DNA from: a virus
Lineage: Duplodnaviria; Caudoviricetes
Reading direction: 5' to 3' (one strand)
IMG/VR virus record: IMGVR_UViG_3300037882_001949
Span: 1-60,816 of that record
Length of the DNA: 60,816 nt
Made by a program: the position numbers and the translations under genes
Shown: positions 39,324 to 49,296 of the stretch, piece after piece
How positions within the stretch are numbered: position 1 is the first letter of the stretch
Layout of the letters: each line of letters starts with the position of its first letter
Notes under the pieces: generated by a model
Told to the model about the DNA's origin: nothing
The model's database searches: none
The model's input: the letters and a program-made list of their open reading frames with translations, nothing else

Positions 39324-40448
39324 TTATTTAGTTATTATTTTTTTGAAACCTGCAAATGGACTATCTTCATCTTTTTCTTCAGTTACTCCACTTGATATTT
39401 TCTCTTTTGATGATTTACTATAATTTTTAAGCATATCACCAAACTTTTTACTTATTTTTGTTTCAACCTGTTTTTCTAATTTTTCCATATTAAAACCCAT
39501 AGCTGATTGTAAAGCAAATAATAATGAAGCTTCTTCATCTTTTTCTAAAGCTTCTTGATAAGCTGTTTTACCAGTCTTTTTATCTACAACAGTTAAATGA
39601 TTCCAAACAGTTTCTTTAATCTTAGGGGTCAATTTAAAACCTTTTATTTCTTCTTTTTTAAAGAAGTTATTTTTAAAATTCTCAAATTCTTCTTTTTCCT
39701 GTTTAATCTTTTTATCTTTTAATTCTTTTTGAGAATTAACTATTTCTGTTTTTTGAGTTACTTCATATTTTTGTAATTTAGTAAGTGCTGATTTAGCTCT
39801 TTTTTCTAAAGTACCATTATCTTTCCATTCAGTAACTATATCTTGAATATCTTCATCTGTTTCACCAGCTAATCTTAAAGATTCTTCAACAGCTAATACT
39901 TGTTTATTTTCATTGTCTATATTAAAGTTTTCCCAAGAGTGATTACCATAATATATATTTAAGAAATCTTTAGGGTTACCACCATTTTGTACAAAGTCAA
40001 GAAACTTACTGTATTCATCAGGTAAAGCTGAAACCCATTTATTAATTCTATTTTCAACAGTTTTAGAAACTAATTTCTCAATACCTTCCTCAGATTCTTC
40101 AAATTCTTCATCTGTATCATCAAAGTCAATAACTCCTTTATTATGTAACACTTTAGTAAACTCTCTTATGCCAGAAGATTCTTTTGAATCATCATTTTCA
40201 TCTTCTTCCTCATCTTCTTTTTCTGATTCATCTTTAGTTTTTTTAGCTATTTTATTAGCTTGTTTTTCTAAAAGCTTATCAGCTTCTAACATTCTTTTCT
40301 TCTCATCAGAATCTTCTTCATCTTTGATTAGGTTTTTATCACCTTCTTCAAAATCATCGTCCTCTGATTTATTTACTACAAATTCACCTTTGATTGGTCT
40401 AAACCCTGCAAAAGGGTCTAAATTCTCTTCTTTTTTACTTTTAGCCAT
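39324..40448 (-). CDS. Acidic scaffold-like protein between portal and MCP
   Basis: 374 aa, very Asp/Glu-rich helical sequence. Confidence 0.7.
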   Translation of the reverse strand: MAKSKKEENLDPFAGFRPIKGEFVVNKSEDDDFEEGDKNLIKDEEDSDEKKRMLEADKLLEKQANKIAKKTKDESEKEDEEEDENDDSKESSGIREFTKVLHNKGVIDFDDTDEEFEESEEGIEKLVSKTVENRINKWVSALPDEYSKFLDFVQNGGNPKDFLNIYYGNHSWENFNIDNENKQVLAVEESLRLAGETDEDIQDIVTEWKDNGTLEKRAKSALTKLQKYEVTQKTEIVNSQKELKDKKIKQEKEEFENFKNNFFKKEEIKGFKLTPKIKETVWNHLTVVDKKTGKTAYQEALEKDEEASLLFALQSAMGFNMEKLEKQVETKISKKFGDMLKNYSKSSKEKISSGVTEEKDEDSPFAGFKKIITK

Positions 40449-40459
40449 GTTGTTATACT

Positions 40460-40491
40460 ATTAATATACTGTTTATTATTTATTTTGCAAA
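40460..40491 (-). promoter_or_regulatory. Putative late promoter
   Basis: TTTGC-N18-TATATTAAT upstream of the ATG at 40448. Confidence 0.55.
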
Positions 40492-40579
40492 TTTATTTAT
40501 GTTGTTTTATGTTTATAGGTTTTAAATCTTATAGCTTTTAATTTTTTGTGTATTATTCAGAAACTTATTTTCTATTCAG

Positions 40580-43117
40580 TTACTTCTTACTTTTAGAGGC
40601 TTTAGCTGCTTTAGCCTTAGCTGCTTGTAATTTTAACTTTTCAATACGTTCTTTAAAAATTAATTCTTTTTCTTTAAGTTTATGGTCTTTTTCTTGCATT
40701 AACTCTTGAGATTTGTTTTGAACCCTAATAGCTTCAATCTTTTTATTCTCAATATCAGCTTTCATTTTAAGTTCTTTATCCTTTAAAGATATTTCTTTAT
40801 CATGCTTATCTTTATCATGTATTAATTTTGATTTTTCACTAAAATATTTAGAATCCAAATCTCTTTCTTCTAATGATAACTTAGCTAATTCTACAGGGTC
40901 AGGAATACCATCACCATCTCGGTCTAAATTCTCTTGTCTTGAATATACACCAATTTCAGCAACCATTATCTTAGTTTCATTATTACTATCAATTTCATAT
41001 TGCTTCAAATCCCTATCAGCTTGTTTATCTTCAACCTGCATTTTAATTTGTTTTTCTTGTGAAACTAATTGTTGTTCTTGCATAGCCTTATCACGTTCAT
41101 ATTTAGACTTCTCACCACGTTGTAATATTCTAATGATATCAGAAGGGTTATCATTGATAATAGTGTCTATGATAGTACTTAAATCAGCTTTATCACTATT
41201 TAATGCCGCTTGAGATAATTGTTTTAAAGTTTCAACAACCATTAAGTCTTTTGAACTATTAGATATAAATACATTAAATTCAGAGTTTTCTAATTCCAAC
41301 TCTTCAATTTCAAGCAGTTCAATACCCATATCATCAAGAACATATTGTACTTTAGCCCCATCTCTAAAAGCTATTTTAGCACATTCTATTAAAGCTGTAT
41401 AAACCCTTCTTTTAACTTCATCATGTGAATCAAATAAATATTCTGTAATTAAAGCTGATTGTTGTACACTACGTTCAACATTACCAACTAATTCTTTATT
41501 ATCAATAGCTCCTAATCTTTGAGGACTAACACCACTAATAAATGCTACTTGTGTTTTAATATAATTTAACGTATCAATATACTGTTGTATTTGATTAGCT
41601 AAAGATAAGTCAATTGATTGAAACTGATTAAAGTTTGAAGTCTTACCTGTCATAGAACCTTTCTTACCCTCTTCATGACTATTAATAAAAGCAATCTTCA
41701 TAGCTTTTAAGTAATACATCCATTTTTCAACGTCCATACCTTCACTTCTAGGTATTTGTGCTAAGTCCATAAGCATTATTTTACCTTGATCACTAGCAAA
41801 TGCTAATTCTAACCTATAAGCTATAATATTATATAAATATTGGTAAGGTTTTATTCTGTCTATTAAAGATACACTAACACTATTAGTAGCATTATATATT
41901 AAACCTACATAACCTAACTTACAATAGTAAGGATTATCCATTCTTCTTCTCTGGTTTTGTTTAGGTTGTACATTAACAAATATACGTTCACCTATTTTAA
42001 TACCTTCCCAAGATTCATTAATCCAAAACTCTTCAACAGTAGCATCTGTAAAAACATCTTTAAAAATACTTAATTTAAAAGATTCATCTACTATTTTTTC
42101 AACAGGTAGTCCATCATCATCTGTATATGTTAAGTGATATAATTTCTTAAAAGATTTCCACTCAACTCTAACAACTCTTATTAATTCTGAATTAAAAGAA
42201 CCAGCAGTTGTGTTAATTGTTGAAAAATTAGACAAACCTGTGTCAACTACCCCACCTGTTTTATCTAAACTGAAAGCAGGATTGTTATTTACAAGATTAT
42301 AACCAGAAGTAAATCTTTTAGATATTGCTTCTATTTCACTTACCTGACTAGATTTTAAATCTTTACCAAATTCATCAAGTATGCTTGAAGGAGCTAACAT
42401 TCTAACTTCTATTACAGCTATAGCATCATCTATATAATCAGTATCACCATCTAATACTACTGTAACATTTAAAGGATTACATCTTCTAAAGTTAACTTCA
42501 TTATTACTAACACCTGTCCAGTATATTTCTTCACCAGCAACTAAAGCATCTTTCCAACCTTTCTTAAATACTTCTTTAGTATTTAATGATTTCTTTAAGT
42601 GTTTTAATATTTTATTAGCTTGAGATTCAATTAAATCTGATATGTTATGTTTTTCATACTTAATTATTTGTTCAGGGGTAGGTAATGGGTTATTAGGATC
42701 TATAGTACTAGGGTCTATCTCAGCCTGTAATTTTTGTTGTAATAATTGTACAATCTTATTTTTAAGATTAGTTTGTTTTCTGTTTATATCATTAGTACTT
42801 TGTGATATAACAATACAGTTATCATTTCTTTTAGTTTCTTCACCTATTAAAAGATTTAAAGGTGGTGATATAATATCATAATGTTGTAAGGTTGCTGGAA
42901 ATTCATTATCGTTTAACCCTAAAGGATTACAGACGTATTCTAAGTCAGCTTTATTAAACCTACCATTATGTAAATCATAATTTATCTTTTTATTGTAATT
43001 AGTAGTTCTATTAGAAGCTACCGAACTATAAGATAATCTCTCATAGTAATTAATTGTATCTCTTTTCCAATCTTCAGTTTTTTTACTGAAGGGTATTTTT
43101 TGAACTGGTAACGACAA
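40580..43117 (-). CDS. Portal protein (TTG start)
   Basis: 845 aa; LPVQKIP..KKTEDW, LLIGEETKR, SLIDRIKPYQYLYN, SGVSPQRLG, LVGNVERSVQQS motifs. Confidence 0.9.
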   Translation of the reverse strand: MSLPVQKIPFSKKTEDWKRDTINYYERLSYSSVASNRTTNYNKKINYDLHNGRFNKADLEYVCNPLGLNDNEFPATLQHYDIISPPLNLLIGEETKRNDNCIVISQSTNDINRKQTNLKNKIVQLLQQKLQAEIDPSTIDPNNPLPTPEQIIKYEKHNISDLIESQANKILKHLKKSLNTKEVFKKGWKDALVAGEEIYWTGVSNNEVNFRRCNPLNVTVVLDGDTDYIDDAIAVIEVRMLAPSSILDEFGKDLKSSQVSEIEAISKRFTSGYNLVNNNPAFSLDKTGGVVDTGLSNFSTINTTAGSFNSELIRVVRVEWKSFKKLYHLTYTDDDGLPVEKIVDESFKLSIFKDVFTDATVEEFWINESWEGIKIGERIFVNVQPKQNQRRRMDNPYYCKLGYVGLIYNATNSVSVSLIDRIKPYQYLYNIIAYRLELAFASDQGKIMLMDLAQIPRSEGMDVEKWMYYLKAMKIAFINSHEEGKKGSMTGKTSNFNQFQSIDLSLANQIQQYIDTLNYIKTQVAFISGVSPQRLGAIDNKELVGNVERSVQQSALITEYLFDSHDEVKRRVYTALIECAKIAFRDGAKVQYVLDDMGIELLEIEELELENSEFNVFISNSSKDLMVVETLKQLSQAALNSDKADLSTIIDTIINDNPSDIIRILQRGEKSKYERDKAMQEQQLVSQEKQIKMQVEDKQADRDLKQYEIDSNNETKIMVAEIGVYSRQENLDRDGDGIPDPVELAKLSLEERDLDSKYFSEKSKLIHDKDKHDKEISLKDKELKMKADIENKKIEAIRVQNKSQELMQEKDHKLKEKELIFKERIEKLKLQAAKAKAAKASKSKK

Positions 43118-43136
43118 TTTGTATATATTTTAATTG

Positions 43137-45194
43137 TTAATATTTAATTTTATTATAAGTGTTTTTTTGAAAAAGTCTTTTAGAAAAAAAAGACTCTGAC
43201 TCTAACATTGTTTTAGGTTGTAATTCTAATAATTGTAGTTTATGCATTTCTTTAGCTTGTAATATACATAACATGAAAGCAACCACTCTATCTGTATTAC
43301 ATTCCCTATCGTAAGCTATTAATTCTTTTAATAAACCTATTGACTTTATAGTATGTAAGTTTAATATCTTAGTATCATCTGGTCCTGTTCTTTCTTCATA
43401 TAACCACTGATGAACATATATTTCACATTGGTCTTTAATACCTGTAGCACTACCAGTACCTCTATTCATATGAATACCATAACCTCTATTAACTTTAGAA
43501 TCTTTAACAATATCTTTAATTATCTGAGGTTGTTCACATAAATAATGTAAGCTATTCTTCATTTCAAAATAAGCTTTTAAACCTTTAAGTTGATTTTCAT
43601 ATAAGGCTTTACCATTATAATAAACACATAATCTTCTACATGTTTCATAGAATTCATCTGCCTTATCTGGTCTACCTGTATATTCAGCAACTATAGTATC
43701 ATAACTAGTACCATTATGTAAAAATCTTTTATATACTACACAAGAACCTAATGAATCACTTGATTCAGCTTTATCTTGGTCAAATGGGTCAATACCTAAT
43801 ATATATAATCCATAAGGAGGATTTTCTATAGGGTCTTCCCAAACAGTAATACAACCTTTTTTAGATTCATCACTACCTAATGGATAGTTAGTTATATCTT
43901 GTAAGTCAGGATTTAATTTAGCTTTTATCTTATTATCATGGTCAAAATATAATTCTACTTTTTTCTTATCATCTCTTAAATAAGAAGTAGTTTCTAAAGT
44001 ACTTAACCATTCTAACATTTCATGTGATGCAAAAACAGCTCCTTTATTCCTTAAAAAAGCTTCTTTCCATGTTGTAGGAAATTGAGTAACTGCTAAATGA
44101 AAAGCTCTTGAATCTAAACCACCCTTAGCTTGCTCTCTGTAATATATAATATCATCATAAGCAGCTTCTTCATTAGAGTTACCATTATCATCAACCATTG
44201 GTTGTTGGTACCATTTAGAATTAGGGTCTTTACAAACACCCCACCTACCCTTAGTAGATGAACTAAAGAATCCTATTATTTTAGTAGGGTCTTCTGGGTC
44301 TTGAAACTCTAACATATTATATTTTCTAGGATTAGTAAACATCTCATAAAAATATTTACTACCAGAATCCATATCTCCAGCAGAACCATATATTATAGCA
44401 ACTCCTGTAAAAGAACTACCATCTTTAATTAAAGGTTCTGTAAATCCCCAAGACTCAGTTATATTAGGAAATAAACCAGCTTCATCTAAAAGAATTATAC
44501 TAGCACTTTTTCCTGCCGCAACAGCAGGTCGGTCCTTAAATGTGAAAACTTCTACGCTTGATTTATAACCAGACCATACTTTAACACCACCAATATCTTT
44601 CTGATGTTGTGACATAAAGTAATCTTTTAAATCTGGATTTCTTATATGACCAAATGGAGTATAACTTGATATATGATTTAAATAACCTATGACCATATTC
44701 ATAGTACCTTGTGAATAAGTACTAAGAAATGCGCCTATAATACTTCTACTTTCTTTTAAGAAAGTGTATTCTTTAGTAACTATAGCAGCTCCTTTATAAG
44801 ACCATCCTTGACGCCTACCCTTAACAGCCTCTAAACCTTTTTCATTAAGTTTACAATAATCAATCATCCAAAAATATTCATAATCTAAATCTACAAATCT
44901 TGGAAAGTTAAAAGATTTCTTTTTTCTTTTAGTTTCCTCATCTTCAGATTGTGATAATATTGGACAGAAGTTTAAATAGAAGAAATTATCCCCTGTAATT
45001 TTTTGACCAACAGAGTTCTCCATACCAAACATACATTTGGCTTTAACATCTTTCCAAAATTCTTTATATTCTTCTTTCTCTTCAGGTATATTACAATAAT
45101 AACCATTCTTAGTAAAATAATCTGCTAAGTAAGTAAATTCTTTAGTATTACTAAAAGATTCTACATGAGGTATATATTTATTATCATTTCTCAT
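43137..45194 (-). CDS. terL: Terminase large subunit
   Basis: Walker A-like KGRRQGWSY, Walker B ILLDEAG, nuclease YILGIDPFD...DSLGS, YENQ, NTDRV. Confidence 0.93.
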   Translation of the reverse strand: MRNDNKYIPHVESFSNTKEFTYLADYFTKNGYYCNIPEEKEEYKEFWKDVKAKCMFGMENSVGQKITGDNFFYLNFCPILSQSEDEETKRKKKSFNFPRFVDLDYEYFWMIDYCKLNEKGLEAVKGRRQGWSYKGAAIVTKEYTFLKESRSIIGAFLSTYSQGTMNMVIGYLNHISSYTPFGHIRNPDLKDYFMSQHQKDIGGVKVWSGYKSSVEVFTFKDRPAVAAGKSASIILLDEAGLFPNITESWGFTEPLIKDGSSFTGVAIIYGSAGDMDSGSKYFYEMFTNPRKYNMLEFQDPEDPTKIIGFFSSSTKGRWGVCKDPNSKWYQQPMVDDNGNSNEEAAYDDIIYYREQAKGGLDSRAFHLAVTQFPTTWKEAFLRNKGAVFASHEMLEWLSTLETTSYLRDDKKKVELYFDHDNKIKAKLNPDLQDITNYPLGSDESKKGCITVWEDPIENPPYGLYILGIDPFDQDKAESSDSLGSCVVYKRFLHNGTSYDTIVAEYTGRPDKADEFYETCRRLCVYYNGKALYENQLKGLKAYFEMKNSLHYLCEQPQIIKDIVKDSKVNRGYGIHMNRGTGSATGIKDQCEIYVHQWLYEERTGPDDTKILNLHTIKSIGLLKELIAYDRECNTDRVVAFMLCILQAKEMHKLQLLELQPKTMLESESFFSKRLFQKNTYNKIKY

Positions 45195-45502
45195 TAAAGC
45201 TCACCACCTTCTAATAAAGATAATTTAACATTACCTCTTATTTTAGATTTATCTTGTTCATCTAATGCAACTTTCTTTTCTAAAATAGCTAAGGTTTCAA
45301 TCCCTTTACCCATTTTTTCAATAATTGTTATAATACTAAGAGCTTTCTTAGAATCATCTTCACCATCATCTTTAGTAAAATCAATATTATTTAAATAATC
45401 CTTAAGCTTAAATAGTGATTCTCTTACAGAATCTAATAGCTCTTGACTTACTGTTTTATTAGCTTCTTTATTTTTACTTTTAACTTCCTTTTGTTTACTC
45501 AT
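45194..45502 (-). CDS. Putative terminase small subunit
   Basis: 102-aa helical protein immediately upstream of TerL, ending ...KIRG. Confidence 0.45.
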   Translation of the reverse strand: MSKQKEVKSKNKEANKTVSQELLDSVRESLFKLKDYLNNIDFTKDDGEDDSKKALSIITIIEKMGKGIETLAILEKKVALDEQDKSKIRGNVKLSLLEGGEL

Positions 45503-45504
45503 AA

Positions 45505-45879
45505 TTATAATCCTCCTTTAATTAAAGTAGAAATTGAATAAGATTTTAAATCTTTACTTTCAAAATCAATCATTCTATGTAATAATTCAAAACAAGCTTC
45601 TAAAAAATGTTCATAAAACATATCTCTAGTATATTCTAATGAAGTATTATATTTTTTCCTCATTAAACAATGTTCTATTTTAATAGAGGAGTTCATTCTT
45701 TCTTTATCTTGACTATAAATCAATCTAAATTCTAATTCACTATTATCAGGTTCATAATCTTCTTCTATTCTTATTGAAGCTCCGCTATAACATTTACTTC
45801 TTACCCCATCTTTTAATAGATTATTAACTGCTGATATATATTTTTCAAAAAATTCTTTATTTAACATACTTCTATCCAT
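45505..45879 (-). CDS. Hypothetical protein
   Basis: 124-aa ORF. Confidence 0.55.
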   Translation of the reverse strand: MDRSMLNKEFFEKYISAVNNLLKDGVRSKCYSGASIRIEEDYEPDNSELEFRLIYSQDKERMNSSIKIEHCLMRKKYNTSLEYTRDMFYEHFLEACFELLHRMIDFESKDLKSYSISTLIKGGL

Positions 45880-45892
45880 TTTTATTTATTTG

Positions 45893-45961
45893 CACACCCA
45901 TAAGGAATCGAACCTTATCCTTTAGTTTTGGAGACTAATTGGTTACCTTAACCTTGAATGT
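45893..45961 (-). tRNA. tRNA-Trp(CCA)
   Basis: Anticodon arm TTAGT-CTCCAAA-ACTAA; T arm TAAGG-TTCGATT-CCTTA; acceptor ACATTCA/TGGGTGT; G73; short D arm. Confidence 0.8.
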
Positions 45962-45966
45962 ATTTG

Positions 45967-46039
45967 TGGAATCTTGTGGTAACGCACCACATCCTCATGC
46001 TCTTCAGGCACACGCTTCTACTTAGTTAGCTTAGATTCC
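45967..46039 (-). tRNA. tRNA-Phe(GAA) with atypical T-loop
   Basis: Acceptor GGAATCT/AGATTCC; anticodon loop CTGAAGA; T arm TGTGG-TGCGTTA-CCACA. Confidence 0.78.
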
Positions 46040-46117
46040 TGCTACAGAGTATCTTTTCAGCAATTTTAATTTATCCACAGTTGCTAGTCCCTCTGTAATG
46101 GAGTGTTATTCTGTTTG

Positions 46118-46190
46118 AGTTCCCTGTAAGAATCGAACTTACTATATCCTCATTACAAGTGAGGTACATCGCCAGCAATGCTTAGGAAAC
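46118..46190 (-). tRNA. tRNA-Thr(TGT)
   Basis: Acceptor GTTTCCT/AGGGAAC; CCTCA-CTTGTAA-TGAGG; T arm GTAAG-TTCGATT-CTTAC. Confidence 0.85.
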
Positions 46191-46271
46191 TAGTTTCCCT
46201 GATTGTCTTTATACTCCACTTCAAGGCTAAAAGAGTTTATAGATTATGTTCACTACCTTATTAGGTTTCCT

Positions 46272-46520
46272 CTATAATATTAATTTAGTATTACCATTTT
46301 CATCTAAATTATCTGGTACTAATATATTAGGTCGTTGTGTTGTATTATACCAATTACTAAAAAACATCATAGCTTCTTCTAAAGCTTGTATTCTAATCTC
46401 TTGTTCTTTATTAATTCTTTCTAATTCCAATAAAGCCAAACTAAGTTTAAATTGTCCATTTGTTGTATGTTTTTCAATTATATTCTTCTCACTTAAATAT
46501 TTTGAATTATCTATTTCCAT
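46272..46520 (-). CDS. Hypothetical coiled-coil protein
   Basis: 82-aa ORF in the operon. Confidence 0.55.
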   Translation of the reverse strand: MEIDNSKYLSEKNIIEKHTTNGQFKLSLALLELERINKEQEIRIQALEEAMMFFSNWYNTTQRPNILVPDNLDENGNTKLIL

Positions 46521-46776
46521 CTTTTTTATCTCTATCTTCTTTTATCCAAAATTCTATTAATTTATTTTCTTCAGGTTTATCAGTTAACATTTCCCTAATT
46601 CCCTGCATTAATGTTCTTCTTGTAGTATCTCCATAAGATATTATAACATTAAAATCTTCATCATATATTGTTACTACATCACAACTATTATTTTGGTGCA
46701 TATAAATAGTTTTAACATCTTCTGAACCATATGCCCCTTCTTCTATATAAGTTGTTTTTCTATATCTATGACTCAT
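46507..46776 (-). CDS. Hypothetical protein
   Basis: 89-aa ORF with coupled overlaps. Confidence 0.55.
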   Translation of the reverse strand: MSHRYRKTTYIEEGAYGSEDVKTIYMHQNNSCDVVTIYDEDFNVIISYGDTTRRTLMQGIREMLTDKPEENKLIEFWIKEDRDKKDGNR

Positions 46777-47027
46777 TATTCTACTATATAAACTTCATCT
46801 TCTTTTACAGATAGATATTTAACTTCATTTAATACAATCTCAATACCTACATGTTTATTAAAATGTACTATATCACCTATAGTAATCTCTTTAACTTCAT
46901 TACCTACTAATATTACTTTACCATTACTAGGTTTATCTTCACTTTTAGGTTGAAGTATAATACCTGATTTAGTTACCTTCTCTATTGGTGTAGGGTCTAT
47001 TAATATTCTTTTACCTATTGATTTCAT
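46776..47027 (-). CDS. groES: Co-chaperonin GroES (probable start MKSIG at 47027)
   Basis: RILIDP...TKSGIIL....KPSNGKVILVG...GDIVHFNKHVG...YLSVKEDEV. Confidence 0.92.
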   Translation of the reverse strand: MKSIGKRILIDPTPIEKVTKSGIILQPKSEDKPSNGKVILVGNEVKEITIGDIVHFNKHVGIEIVLNEVKYLSVKEDEVYIVE

Positions 47028-47311
47028 TAAGCTACCTCCATCCAATCTTCAGCTAATGTATCACTCCCACTAGGAGTCCAAGTTGCAATATCTCCTTGTG
47101 CTGTTTTTAAGGCCCAGTAAGCACGATAAGGTACTAATTCACCTTTAAAATAATCTTTCATTACTTGTGTAGTTGCTGGATAAGCGTTAGCTGGTACAAT
47201 ATATGCAAACATCCCGCTTCCGTTCCATCCTTCTCTAGCAACTTTTTTACCTTTTTTAGCAAATTCAATAGCTTCTCCAAAATTCATTTTAATTCTTACT
47301 TCATTTTTCAT
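47027..47311 (-). CDS. tad2: DUF2829 / Tad2-family anti-defence nucleotide sponge
   Basis: MNFGEAIE..KKGKKVAREGWNG.GMF...W.PS.SD.LAEDW signature. Confidence 0.8.
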   Translation of the reverse strand: MKNEVRIKMNFGEAIEFAKKGKKVAREGWNGSGMFAYIVPANAYPATTQVMKDYFKGELVPYRAYWALKTAQGDIATWTPSGSDTLAEDWMEVA

Positions 47312-47327
47312 TTATCCTTTTATTTCT

Positions 47328-47618
47328 TTATTTACTTGTTTTTATTACTTGATATAAAGCATTACTAAATGAATCTACAAACTTCTCATCTTCAGATAAT
47401 TCTCTATAACCTAAAGATTCTAATATTGCATGAGTAGTTTCATGTAAAAAAGTATGCTCTTTTAATTCTTTTTTTAAATTCTTTCTAAGTTCTAATATTC
47501 CTAAATCAGACTTACATTGTCCTAAAACACTTTCACCATTATTAATTACTTTAGGTAATTGTATTACTTTGTAAGTTCTTGATATTAGATTAAATTGTTT
47601 AGGTATTGTAAATTCCAT
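47328..47618 (-). CDS. Small HExxH metallopeptidase-like protein (ImmA/IrrE-like)
   Basis: TFLHETTHAI...DEKFV motif. Confidence 0.7.
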   Translation of the reverse strand: MEFTIPKQFNLISRTYKVIQLPKVINNGESVLGQCKSDLGILELRKNLKKELKEHTFLHETTHAILESLGYRELSEDEKFVDSFSNALYQVIKTSK

Positions 47619-47905
47619 TATTTATATCTTTTAGACTTATAAGCAAATCCTAATATTGGTATAGACCTGTTTAGTATTATTGTTTTAAGTTCTTCGTAAG
47701 GTTTATTAATCTTTAAGTATGCTTCTCTGTATATTACTTGTGAGTATTTAGTAACAGCTTTACCTGTCTTAGGATTAATATACTGCTCTAAACCTATTTC
47801 ATCTAAATCAAATAATTTCTTAATCTTACCATTCTTAACTAGTATTACAGGTTTAATACTATCTGTAACTATATTACTTATAATTTCAAGCTCCATTTTC
47901 CTCAT
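47618..47905 (-). CDS. Hypothetical protein
   Basis: 95-aa ORF. Confidence 0.55.
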   Translation of the reverse strand: MRKMELEIISNIVTDSIKPVILVKNGKIKKLFDLDEIGLEQYINPKTGKAVTKYSQVIYREAYLKINKPYEELKTIILNRSIPILGFAYKSKRYK

Positions 47906-47912
47906 ACTATTA

Positions 47913-48206
47913 TTAATCTATCCAAGCATTTATCGGACATTTAGAATCTGGTGATTTTGTTTTTTGACTAAGTGGACATCCACAACCTGATTGTATACTA
48001 CCTTTAACCCTTAACTGTTCGTTATAAACAAATGTTTCTTTAACTATTCCTTGTTTATTCCTTGAACATATATTATTAACATTTAAAGGACAATCTGCAC
48101 ATATTTCAGCTCTTTTATCAGCTAGTTCTTTAACATTTTTATTATCAAACCAGTGATTTAACCAACCATCTTTTATTTCTCTTAACTTTCTAATATACTT
48201 GTTCAT
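47913..48206 (-). CDS. Cys-rich zinc-binding protein
   Basis: RAEICADCP...C...GCGCPL..KT....KCP...W. Confidence 0.65.
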   Translation of the reverse strand: MNKYIRKLREIKDGWLNHWFDNKNVKELADKRAEICADCPLNVNNICSRNKQGIVKETFVYNEQLRVKGSIQSGCGCPLSQKTKSPDSKCPINAWID

Positions 48207-48448
48207 TATATCATCTTTTTACTTTGTTGACCATTTCTAAAAATAACCCTACCTTCTTGCATAGCTTTTAGGAATGTTGTAGGTTTAAACTTACCAATAC
48301 CTTTAATATGAACTTCTCTTAAATCTCTATTCTCTATATGTAAAGCTAATACTTTAAACTGAGTATCTATTATTCTTTCTAGTTCATATTTAGTAATATT
48401 ATGAGCTGCTTTCATATCTGATAATATTTCTTCAATTAACGGATTCAT
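48206..48448 (-). CDS. HU/IHF-like DNA-binding protein
   Basis: ERIIDTQF...EVHIKGIGKF motif. Confidence 0.65.
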   Translation of the reverse strand: MNPLIEEILSDMKAAHNITKYELERIIDTQFKVLALHIENRDLREVHIKGIGKFKPTTFLKAMQEGRVIFRNGQQSKKMI

Positions 48449-48594
48449 TTAGTTTTAGTATTTTTAGTTCAATATTATTACCACTATATGTTATTTTAAA
48501 CTTAAAGTCCTTATTATTAGATTCATAATATTTTAAACCATTAAATAAACAATTTAAGAAATCTTCAAAATTTGTTATATTTTCAATCCTATAA

Positions 48595-48927
48595 TTAGTT
48601 ATCATCATGTATAATATAATTATAAGTTATCCAACCATCATTAATTATCTGTAATACTGTTGGGTTTAATATATAAGTTGCTGTTTTATCACCATCTAAT
48701 AAAACACCTTTATTTCTTAGTCTTTTAATATAGTTATTAGTTATTGCTTTATCTTTATCTAAAACCTTTCTTATATGTTCTCTAGTATCAGTATTTACTT
48801 CTAACCTATTACTATTCAGCATAGTAATAATTATATCTACTTCAAATGTAGATAAACTAAAGAATACCATTTTATTTAATATATCTTTATAGTATTCTTT
48901 TCTACTTATTACTTTTTCTAATATCAT
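48595..48927 (-). CDS. Winged-helix DNA-binding protein (RepL-like)
   Basis: NNYIKRLRNKGVL...YILNP. Confidence 0.55.
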   Translation of the reverse strand: MILEKVISRKEYYKDILNKMVFFSLSTFEVDIIITMLNSNRLEVNTDTREHIRKVLDKDKAITNNYIKRLRNKGVLLDGDKTATYILNPTVLQIINDGWITYNYIIHDDN

Positions 48928-48940
48928 TTGTTATTGTATT

Positions 48941-48973
48941 ATTAATATAACATTTATTTGTTATCTTTCCAAA
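48941..48973 (-). promoter_or_regulatory. Putative late promoter
   Basis: TTTGG-N19-TATATTAAT upstream of the ATG at 48927. Confidence 0.55.
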
Positions 48974-49009
48974 TATTAAAGATAATATCTAAATGTTATC
49001 TTTTTAAAA

Positions 49010-49296
49010 AGGACATAAAAATCCCCTTCTAAATTGAGTTTAAATTACTTTAAACCGATTTTAACCTTATAAGTTATTATAGATTAGTATTTAGCCCTAA
49101 TTGTATTTAAACAACCATCTGAGTGCTTTATTCTGTTATTTCAGAAGGATACTTCTTACCTAATGACTCAGCTATCTATTTTTCCTTAATTTAAGGTCTG
49201 TTTTTAGGATACAGGGGACAACTTTCAGCTATTTGCTTATTTAACCCTATGTCTTATCTCTTAATTACTTTTAGCCTTCAGAGATGAACTAGTCCT
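49010..49296 (-). ncRNA. Candidate ~290-nt structured ncRNA
   Basis: ORF-free; begins just after a TATATTAAT promoter; AGGAC/GTCCT end pairing followed by a T-tract; several internal helices. Confidence 0.45.

Noticed and set aside
5945-46560. Short antisense or nested ORFs (5945, 10712, 14641, 17308, 29571, 31591, 31931, 40168, 42642, 46246; also 1061, 47165, 53488, 54574, 57740, 59004)
   Set aside because: Shadow frames of well-supported genes with Ser/Leu/Phe-biased low-information sequence
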